A stretch of DNA of 64,000 nucleotides from Oleiphilaceae bacterium (GTDB taxonomy: Bacteria > Pseudomonadota > Gammaproteobacteria > Pseudomonadales > Oleiphilaceae), in assembly GCA_047628385.1 (NCBI GenBank), contig JBLHVH010000001.1, positions 8,191 through 72,190 of the forward strand, read 5' to 3'. Shown in pieces: positions 9,279-16,949 of this stretch. Position numbers and translations under genes: made by a program. Each line of letters starts with the position of its first letter. Within the stretch, counting starts at the first letter, position 1. Below the pieces are notes generated by a model. It did no database searches. It had not been told where the DNA came from and saw only the letters and a list, made by a program, of their open reading frames with translations.

Positions 9279-10193
9279 TCAACTTGGGTCTTTTTTTCGC
9301 TTTTTTGCTTTCAAGGCAATCGTTAAGCCTCCCCAAACCAAGCCCGAAATTAACCCATACAAGTGAGCTGCATTTGCCATTCGCCCCCACCCCAGCCACT
9401 CAGTCACCGGCGTATAACCCAATATCAACCAACCAAGACTAAATTTCATTAATATGTCTGGGAAAAATATTTCTGGTTCGTAATGCTTCCACAACCAGCA
9501 ATAACCAACCAAACCATAAACAACCCCTGACAAACCACCAAATAAATAGCTGGTCTCAAATAACTGGGCCACGTTTGAAACTGCTGCAACAAAAAAAGCT
9601 AACGCGAGAAAAGCTAACGATCCTTTTTGAATTTCTAGCTGGCCACCTAAAAGCCAAAGCATCAATAAGTTAAAAGTAATATGCATAACATTAAAATGAA
9701 TAAACCCAGGACTAATTAAACGCCAAATCTCACCTTGCCCGATAGTTGCTAACAAACCCTGAATTCGACCATATAATGTATTTAAGTCAATTACCAAACC
9801 TTCACTTCTTAAGCTGAGTGGATCCAAAATCAGAAACGCTCTGAGTACCGGACCACCCTGGCCAAAATCAGTAAGTAAAGCAAAGATAATACTAAAAACC
9901 ATGAATATATAAACGAATGGTGCTTCGGCAGGAAGAGCTCTAGGGTAAAGCAATTCAAGTTGAGGTTGAATAATATATTTTTTAGGCATTTCATCTAATT
10001 GAAGTTTAAATTCTTTGTCAGTCATATAACGCTGAAAAAAATCTTTTACTTGTTTTTCCTTATCTTCACTTCCTACAAATAGAACCTGCTCTCCTAACTC
10101 TTCTGTTATTAGATGTTCTAAACCTTGAGTATGAAGCCAATGACTAAATGTAGATAAATCAGACTCTAATGGGACGCGCGCTACTTCAATCAT
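9279..10193 (-). CDS. Rhomboid family intramembrane serine protease (GlpG-like)
   Basis: Multi-TM protein with the HxxxN motif (HFNVMHITFNLL), the catalytic GxSG motif (GGLSGVVYG) and a downstream His (AAHLYG). Its ATG overlaps the upstream gene's stop codon (ATGA). Confidence 0.85.
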   Translation of the reverse strand: MIEVARVPLESDLSTFSHWLHTQGLEHLITEELGEQVLFVGSEDKEKQVKDFFQRYMTDKEFKLQLDEMPKKYIIQPQLELLYPRALPAEAPFVYIFMVFSIIFALLTDFGQGGPVLRAFLILDPLSLRSEGLVIDLNTLYGRIQGLLATIGQGEIWRLISPGFIHFNVMHITFNLLMLWLLGGQLEIQKGSLAFLALAFFVAAVSNVAQLFETSYLFGGLSGVVYGLVGYCWLWKHYEPEIFFPDILMKFSLGWLILGYTPVTEWLGWGRMANAAHLYGLISGLVWGGLTIALKAKKRKKDPS

Positions 10194-11140
10194 TCACGCT
10201 CGACACCTACCCAAGTAAATTTATCCCGACTTAAACACCGCTCATCATCCATCCTATAAGCAACGAGCCGACCATATTTCACCGCACTGTAATCCAAACA
10301 AGCAATATTTTCGGTAATCGGTGCAGGTTCACTCGACATCCAGTAATGACCCACAAACACAGGCAGCTCAGAAGGTGAATAATGTATAAGTTTTTGCCTC
10401 TCAATCGCCGATAAATTGCGTTTAGCCATATCGAGCGGTAAGGGATCTGGCTGAAAAACCACATCATCATAAGTTTGAGGCTCATTACTCCAGAACTTAG
10501 TTCGAAACATGTTTCGCGCTAAACCATCTTTACCTAGGATTGTTTCACCATTAGGTAACTCCAACGCTGTACCTCTTGTGAGCTTATCAATAACGCCGCC
10601 CACAAAGGAATCACTGGTAATAGAATCATGTAGCATATTCACATCAACACAATGCGATGGCGCGAGCACTTTAAAGCGTGTGATAGCATCATTATCCCAA
10701 CAAGCATGCACCACTCGAAAACGGTCCTTTTCAATAAACAATGGAATCTCATGAAACCACGTTAAAAAATCTTTCCATTCTTGAGAATAATTTTCAAACT
10801 GCTCAAGAGTTTCTCTTATTAAGCGGTGATGCCTTGCATCATGCTCCCGTAGGTATTGATGCCCACTCCCTTTGCGCCCTTCGGTACAATAGCACATTGC
10901 ATTATATTCGTGATTACCCAAGACTATTTCCGCCTGACCGTGGTCGACCATATTTTTTACAATATGTAAGGATTCTCGAATTCGAGGCCCCCGATCAACA
11001 ATATCCCCCACAAAAATAACTTTTCTGTTTGAATGACGATAACACCCCTGACGATGCTGATAATCCATTTTGATTAGCAACCTTTCTAACGAACGAGCAC
11101 AGCCGTGCACATCCCCTATTAAATCATAAGCTTGATTCAT
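10190..11140 (-). CDS. PPP-family metallophosphoesterase (PrpA/ApaH-like Ser/Thr phosphatase or diadenosine tetraphosphatase type)
   Basis: Motifs GDVHG, GDIVDRG and GNHE. The ORF track starts at 11167 (GTG). The ATG at 11140 follows AGAGGA and is the more likely start. Confidence 0.85.
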   Translation of the reverse strand: MNQAYDLIGDVHGCARSLERLLIKMDYQHRQGCYRHSNRKVIFVGDIVDRGPRIRESLHIVKNMVDHGQAEIVLGNHEYNAMCYCTEGRKGSGHQYLREHDARHHRLIRETLEQFENYSQEWKDFLTWFHEIPLFIEKDRFRVVHACWDNDAITRFKVLAPSHCVDVNMLHDSITSDSFVGGVIDKLTRGTALELPNGETILGKDGLARNMFRTKFWSNEPQTYDDVVFQPDPLPLDMAKRNLSAIERQKLIHYSPSELPVFVGHYWMSSEPAPITENIACLDYSAVKYGRLVAYRMDDERCLSRDKFTWVGVERE

Positions 11141-11181
11141 CTTTCCTCTAGTCTGAATAAATGCCACGTTACAAACCCTAC

Positions 11182-12066
11182 CTAACCGCTTATCAAACTA
11201 TTCGCCCAGCCGAGTTTTTCACGACAAGTCTCATAAAAATTATGTGTGGTAGGATGAATTAACCTTACTTTATAAGGTTTTTTCCTAATACTCACGGTAT
11301 CGCCCGGCGCAACCGGAATGTGATGCTGACCATCACAACTAACTTGCGGGTATATTTCATTCCCCTCGCCAATGACGATTTTGATCTCACTTTTTCCATC
11401 AACAACAATTGGGCGACTGCTTAAGGTATGAGGAAACATAGGAACGAGTGATATCGCATCTAGCTTGGGGTGCAATAATGGCCCACCAGCAGACAAGGAG
11501 TAAGCGGTTGAACCCGTCGGTGTTGACACGATCAAACCATCAGAACGCTGACTGTATACAAATTGACCCTCAATAAATAAATCAAAACCAATCATTCGCG
11601 TTGACTTACCTGGATGCAATACAATGTCGTTCAAAGCCGTTCCAAAACCTATCGGTTCGCCATTACGCTTCACATGTACATCCAATAAAAAACGTTTCTC
11701 TTGTATGTACTTACCGGATAGCACTTCACTAATTTTTACTTCCATATCATTCGGTGAAATATCTGTCAAAAAACCTAACCTTCCACGGTTAACGCCTAAC
11801 AAAGGCACACCCGACTTGGCTAACTCTCTTGCCGCGCCCAGTAAACTACCATCACCACCCACCACGATCACCAAGTCACACACTTCACCCATCATTTTTA
11901 CGCTAGAGACTTGCAAACTATGACCCGGCATTAGCGCACCAATATTTTCTTCAATGATAAGGTGATAACCTTCACTTACTAAAAACTTTTTGAGCTTTCG
12001 CAGGGTTTCAACAACCTTTGCACTACCCATTCGGCCAATCAAACCAACATTGCGAAATTGATCCAT
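11182..12066 (-). CDS. nadK: NAD kinase
   Basis: GGDGS motif (VIVVGGDGSLLGAAR), NRGRLGFLTD and TPTGSTAYSLSAGGP. The likely start is MDQFRNVGLIG at 12066; the ORF track gives 12111. Confidence 0.93.
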   Translation of the reverse strand: MDQFRNVGLIGRMGSAKVVETLRKLKKFLVSEGYHLIIEENIGALMPGHSLQVSSVKMMGEVCDLVIVVGGDGSLLGAARELAKSGVPLLGVNRGRLGFLTDISPNDMEVKISEVLSGKYIQEKRFLLDVHVKRNGEPIGFGTALNDIVLHPGKSTRMIGFDLFIEGQFVYSQRSDGLIVSTPTGSTAYSLSAGGPLLHPKLDAISLVPMFPHTLSSRPIVVDGKSEIKIVIGEGNEIYPQVSCDGQHHIPVAPGDTVSIRKKPYKVRLIHPTTHNFYETCREKLGWANSLISG

Positions 12067-12211
12067 ATTTAAATCTATACCTTCAAACAGATAATGCGCG
12101 ATGAACCACACATTAATTTTAAAATAACGTCATCTATCACGCTTATCTTAACAGAATTTTTTTTCAGAGATAAAGGATGCATGAAAGCGCACATGAAAAG
12201 CCTATGCAAAC

Positions 12212-13168
12212 TTAAACAAAGCTAGGCACCTTATCACCAAAACCACGCCAACCTTGAAGCCCACCCGTATGAATTGCCAAAATACGAGCATCTGATTTGA
12301 TTCGCCCCTGATATACCCACTCTAGCAAGCCATAAAACATTTTTCCCGTATAAACAGGGTCAAGTAAAACACCATTATTTTGATGAAAATCCGAAACAAA
12401 AGACGTCAAACGTTTATTTATTTTTGCAAAGCCACCAAAGTGGTAGTCATGGCTTATTTCCCACGGATTAGTGTTCTGAGCCAATCCTAGATGGGTTTCA
12501 ACTCTAGACTCAAGATCATAAACTCCTTTTAAGGCAGAAAAACCAACACATCTAACGCTGCCTAAGTTAGCACTGACTATGCCGGCAAGCGTGGCACCAG
12601 AACCAACAGGGCATGCAATCACATCATAGTTCATATTATTAGCTGACCACATGCGCTCAAAAAGCTCACGCACACCCAAAACCCCCTGTTCACTTGATCC
12701 ACCCTCCGGAATAATCCAAGCATCAGTATATTTTTTTGAGTAATCAGCAATGCAGTCAAAAGGCGCTACATTCCGATACTCTTGACGGCTTAACCAGTAC
12801 AAGCTCATCCCCCAATCAACACAATCTTGAAGCGTCGATGACAATACTTTTGGTTCTTCGCCTCGCACAATGCCAATCGTTTTAATGTGCAATTTTTTTC
12901 CTGCAAATGCTAAAGCATGCAGATGGTTAGAATACGCACCACCAAAACTTAATATACGGGATTTTCCTGCTGAATGTGCAGCCAGAATATGATACTTAAG
13001 CTTGTACCATTTATTACCCGAGATAAAAGGATGGACTTGATCCAACCTTAAACAATCAATCGCTAACTCGCGCTTTTCACCTAAATCGAACTTCAGCGTC
13101 TGTATTGAAGGAATTACATTAAAACTCGCATCAAGATCTGAAATTTTTGTTATTGGAGACTTATTCAT
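12212..13168 (-). CDS. PLP-dependent enzyme of the ACC deaminase / D-cysteine desulfhydrase family
   Basis: 318 aa, tryptophan-synthase-beta-like fold. Lys motif SGNKWYKLKY; glycine loop PVGSGATLAG; C-terminal IHTGG. Its start overlaps the upstream stop codon (cATGAATAAg). Confidence 0.7.
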   Translation of the reverse strand: MNKSPITKISDLDASFNVIPSIQTLKFDLGEKRELAIDCLRLDQVHPFISGNKWYKLKYHILAAHSAGKSRILSFGGAYSNHLHALAFAGKKLHIKTIGIVRGEEPKVLSSTLQDCVDWGMSLYWLSRQEYRNVAPFDCIADYSKKYTDAWIIPEGGSSEQGVLGVRELFERMWSANNMNYDVIACPVGSGATLAGIVSANLGSVRCVGFSALKGVYDLESRVETHLGLAQNTNPWEISHDYHFGGFAKINKRLTSFVSDFHQNNGVLLDPVYTGKMFYGLLEWVYQGRIKSDARILAIHTGGLQGWRGFGDKVPSFV

Positions 13169-14480
13169 GAACAGAATGCTTCTCGCATAACCCGCTGATA
13201 CCTTGTTCGAATTCGCTCGGCACAGTCACCTTTTCAACGAATTCCAAACACGCCAGCCCTGTTGATGATATATGAGTACAAACTGGATTTTCAAAATGCG
13301 CCAACCAGTTAATGTAGTCTGCTTCAGTAACAAAACATTTATTCGCTATAAACCCCATCGGGTTCTCTGCATAGTCACTAATTTCTAAAGCACTCATCGT
13401 AATATGCCCAACACCAGGATGATAGGCGACATAAACAACCTCAAGGGCTTTCAATTTATCAAATATTGACGTGCCTTCTTTACCCTTACCAATTGCCTCA
13501 CTTAACTCTTCTAATTCAGCCCGCAACTGCTCTTCACGCTCATCCCGATAAGACAAATCGATATCTTTTCGCTCCAACTGCTCAGTCAAAAGAACGACTT
13601 GCGCATCGAGCTTTTGCTTCTCAAGCTTACCTCGATCATTTACGCTTGCGCTTTGTAGCTTTTCCTCCAAATCGGCGACTAGCGAGGTCTGATTCGAAAT
13701 TTTATCTTGAAGGCCAATAAATTGATCATCTCTCGAAGACAATTTTTGTTTAAGTTTCTCATTTAAGAGCTTTAATTTTTCGATTGTCTGCTTCTGTTCT
13801 TGCAAAGTATTTTTATAAGCATGGAGCTCAATCCTATGGGCTCGATCAGAACTATCCGAAGCTGATTCTTGATTCGACTCAAGTGTTTTAATCCTCAACC
13901 TTTGCTCCTTCAAAAGCCTGGCTAGCTTGATACGCTTCTCAGAATCTATAGAAGGGTCATTACTTTGCTCCAATACAGGCACTTCCGAAGAATTATCAAA
14001 CGCCACAGCCAGTGTCGGAACATCCTCTACAGGTTTTTCAAAAACCAGCCTTAAACGATTTTTGTCTACCGCTTTTCGTAGTAAAGAAAAATCACTCGAC
14101 CCCGGCGTCATATCTGGATCCCAAAGATCATTTTGATGCCAATTAATTGAACACTGCCCTCTGCACGCAAGCCTGATAGGACCGCTACCAAGATCTGGAC
14201 CTGACCCACTTATTTCAGCCAAACGCTCCACCGGAACATTCCACCCCGTATCCGCTCGACCATCTTCATCAAAGTAGAGCTTAAAGAAAACAAGCGCATA
14301 AATAGAACCAGCTTGATTAATTAGAGCATAAACAGCCCTAGCCTCTTCATCGGCATAATCGGGCAAAACCCCCAAACCACTCAGCAGGGCTTCAAATTCT
14401 GTGAATAACATCTGCCGGGAGACTTGATTTTCCTCCATAAAAAATACGGCTTCATATCCACCGGCTTCTCGGCTTCCCAT
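13161..14480 (-). CDS. Hypothetical protein: globular N-domain, long central coiled coil, Cys/His-containing C-domain
   Basis: ATG at 14480 preceded by AGGAGG; the ORF track extends to a TTG at 14498. The centre is rich in E/K/Q/L heptads (KLKLLNEKLKQKL...LEEKLQSA...LEKQKLDAQVVLLTEQLERKD). I recognise no catalytic motif. Confidence 0.6.
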   Translation of the reverse strand: MGSREAGGYEAVFFMEENQVSRQMLFTEFEALLSGLGVLPDYADEEARAVYALINQAGSIYALVFFKLYFDEDGRADTGWNVPVERLAEISGSGPDLGSGPIRLACRGQCSINWHQNDLWDPDMTPGSSDFSLLRKAVDKNRLRLVFEKPVEDVPTLAVAFDNSSEVPVLEQSNDPSIDSEKRIKLARLLKEQRLRIKTLESNQESASDSSDRAHRIELHAYKNTLQEQKQTIEKLKLLNEKLKQKLSSRDDQFIGLQDKISNQTSLVADLEEKLQSASVNDRGKLEKQKLDAQVVLLTEQLERKDIDLSYRDEREEQLRAELEELSEAIGKGKEGTSIFDKLKALEVVYVAYHPGVGHITMSALEISDYAENPMGFIANKCFVTEADYINWLAHFENPVCTHISSTGLACLEFVEKVTVPSEFEQGISGLCEKHSVHE

Positions 14481-14990
14481 TACGCCTCCTAAATACAAAT
14501 AAATTAGCTAAATAAATTACTATTTAACAAAGTTTAGTAGAGCAAAAAAGAAACACACGATTTTATGACAAGAGATTACGGGACTAAATTCACAGATTTC
14601 GTTTTAAATTTAAAATAAGGACTATTAATTGTAAATTGCAGCAACAAAAAGGAATCAATAAAAGTGTTTTTCATAAGTTATATGAAAAAATAGCACTTTA
14701 AAAACGAAGTTATAAAAATAAGGTGGGCATCAAAAGAGAAGGTATAAGAGGAAATTACATTTCCTCTGCATCCGTCTCTAACTCTTCATCATCAAATTCG
14801 TAATACGTTAATTCTAAAATTTCTTCTTCATATTCATTCATTACTATGCAAACTCCTATGTAAAAATATTAGAGCTTAGAATAGACTTTAGATGTAAAGG
14901 GAATATAAAGAGGATATAAAGAGGATAAATATAAATTGGTCTAATCGTACTAGAAAGGCATCAAGAGAAAACGTGGTGATAAAAAGTTAA

Positions 14991-15067
14991 TGGCGGGCCG
15001 GACGGGACTCGAACCCGCGACCCCCGGCGTGACAGGCCGGTATTCTAACCAGCTGAACTACCGGCCC
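14991..15067 (-). tRNA. tRNA-Asp (GUC)
   Basis: The reverse complement gggccggtagttcagctggttagaataccggcctGTCacgccgggggtcgcgggttcgagtcccgtccggcccgcca forms a cloverleaf. It closely matches my recollection of E. coli tRNA-Asp. CCA is encoded. Confidence 0.95.
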
Positions 15068-15138
15068 GCAACAAACTTTTTACTTACTCTACAAACCACT
15101 TATTTAACATTCTTGTCACCGAATATAAAATAAATAAG

Positions 15139-15214
15139 TGGTGGGTGGTACAGGGATCGAACCTGTGACCCTCGCCTTGTAAGGGCGATGCTCTCCCAGC
15201 TGAGCTAACCACCC
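15139..15214 (-). tRNA. tRNA-Val (UAC)
   Basis: The reverse complement gggtggttagctcagctgggagagcatcgcccttTACaaggcgagggtcacaggttcgatccctgtaccacccacca forms a cloverleaf. CCA is encoded. Confidence 0.95.
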
Positions 15215-15254
15215 AACAGGGTAGATCTTCGACATTGAGTCATTTTAGTGTAAT

Positions 15255-15331
15255 TGGCGGGCCGGACGGGACTCGAACCCGCGACCCCCGGCGTGACAGG
15301 CCGGTATTCTAACCAGCTGAACTACCGGCCC
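15255..15331 (-). tRNA. tRNA-Asp (GUC), second identical copy
   Basis: Sequence identical to 14991-15067. Confidence 0.95.
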
Positions 15332-15402
15332 GCAACTACTTACACTACATTATAAAAGCAAGCTTTTATAATTACTTCGACCAACTTTCTATTTAAGAAA
15401 AT

Positions 15403-15478
15403 TGGTGGGTGGTACAGGGATCGAACCTGTGACCCTCGCCTTGTAAGGGCGATGCTCTCCCAGCTGAGCTAACCACCC
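15403..15478 (-). tRNA. tRNA-Val (UAC), second identical copy
   Basis: Sequence identical to 15139-15214. Confidence 0.95.
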
Positions 15479-15498
15479 AACTCCAAATCGAGAAGCGC

Positions 15499-15526
15499 AT
15501 TCTAACGATTTCTAAGGCACTGTCAA
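15499..15526 (-). promoter_or_regulatory. tRNA operon promoter (TTGACA-16 bp-TAGAAT, GC-rich discriminator, A/T-rich UP region)
   Basis: The minus strand reads TTGACAgtgccttagaaatcgtTAGAATgcgc about 20 nt upstream of the first tRNA-Val. It is preceded by an A/T-rich tract (aaaaaaaatagtaatttc). The layout is that of a stable-RNA promoter. Confidence 0.7.
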
Positions 15527-15685
15527 TTAGAATCTCAAAGAAATTACTATTTTTTTTCAACTTAAATCAATCTTTGTAATATTTACCAATAATTGATTAC
15601 TTCTTAATCAAACTCACACACAAAATGCATAAACCTAAACTCACTACATTTTTTCTTACACAATCCTATCTCTATTTTTGCACTT

Positions 15686-16888
15686 TTAATTAAGCGTTTG
15701 TTTTATGCGCGCAACGCTACCTCTTCGCACATCACTCATCGCAGCTTCTCGCTCTTGCATAGCCGTCACCTCTTCATCTATACCTTTTTCCGCAAAATAA
15801 CTATACCAAGGTAAGCCATCTCCTTCATCCACTACACGTTCTTTAACATCTACTGAGAGAGGCTTTATATTATCCGCCAGAGCATTTCTTTCAAGTCGAT
15901 CAAGAATAAGTTCATCTTGCAAACTAAGAGGATTCCTAGGCTTTCGCCACGGCGCAAGCCAATTACGCCTAATTACTCTTTTATCGGCAATAGCGGCAAG
16001 GTAGGCTTCTTTATCATCAGCCAACGGGTACAATTCCTGCTCGAGCGTTATAGGCCCGTCGACCTGCAACTTACGATAAATATCACTCGGTAAATAAAAT
16101 ATTGGGAAGCCAAACATAAAATTATTAGACCAGGGCCATATCACAGAAAACCAACCATACTCCTGCATATCCCCCCGAAGAAATTCCTCGGCATTAGCTG
16201 CATCAGTCGGATGCCAAAATGACTGCGTTAAATAACGCGTTATGGGCATTTCTTCCATAGCAACATCCCGCTCAACCAACTGAACATCCGCCGACGCCAT
16301 CGGATCCTCAGCCTCAATCAATGAATGTCGCTTGGAAGGCAATGACACCTCAGAATGCCTAATATAAGTGATAGAGCCAGCATCAATCTGCAAACCTACA
16401 TCTGCTTGCAAATTAAGGTCAAAAGCCATAATTGTTTTATCATCAAACGCTTCAAAACCAATCAAAGGCAACAAACTTTTTCGAACGGCAAAATCATAAC
16501 TGCCCGCAGGAAGCACTACATAGGTATAACTACCAGCCCGGAGATTAAAAATAATTTCATCATTAATATAGTAACTAGGTGCGGTTAACTCTTCAGATGC
16601 CCATTGACTATCAGGACGATAAAAGTAAATCAAGCCATGCGTTGCTTTATCCCAAGAATATCCATCCAGCTCTTCAAACAAAGCGCCATCAGTGTTCGGA
16701 AAATAAAATGACCCTAGGTTTCGACCCGTAGACCAATAAAACGACGGATACCAACCCCTAGCCTGTTTATGATAAGGCGCGGAAAAAGCTGATGTATTTT
16801 GAGTTGTTTCCGCCATTACCAGACTAGGCATCAGCAGTATGAGTCCTGCTAATATAATACGCATTAGTTGATGCATTGAATCCTTCAC
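15686..16888 (-). CDS. Hypothetical secreted protein (N-terminal region resembles DUF2846-type beta-sandwich)
   Basis: Signal peptide (ILAGLILLMPSLVMAETT). The segment GLIYFYRPDSQW...INDEIIFNLRAGSYTYVVLPAGSYDFAV resembles DUF2846. The rest is unrecognised and the start codon is ambiguous (M1, M5 or M9). Confidence 0.55.
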   Translation of the reverse strand: MKDSMHQLMRIILAGLILLMPSLVMAETTQNTSAFSAPYHKQARGWYPSFYWSTGRNLGSFYFPNTDGALFEELDGYSWDKATHGLIYFYRPDSQWASEELTAPSYYINDEIIFNLRAGSYTYVVLPAGSYDFAVRKSLLPLIGFEAFDDKTIMAFDLNLQADVGLQIDAGSITYIRHSEVSLPSKRHSLIEAEDPMASADVQLVERDVAMEEMPITRYLTQSFWHPTDAANAEEFLRGDMQEYGWFSVIWPWSNNFMFGFPIFYLPSDIYRKLQVDGPITLEQELYPLADDKEAYLAAIADKRVIRRNWLAPWRKPRNPLSLQDELILDRLERNALADNIKPLSVDVKERVVDEGDGLPWYSYFAEKGIDEEVTAMQEREAAMSDVRRGSVARIKQTLN

Positions 16889-16949
16889 CTCTATTTATAT
16901 CGCATTATTTTATCAATATCTTGCATTCATTTTTGGGATCTACCGCATG

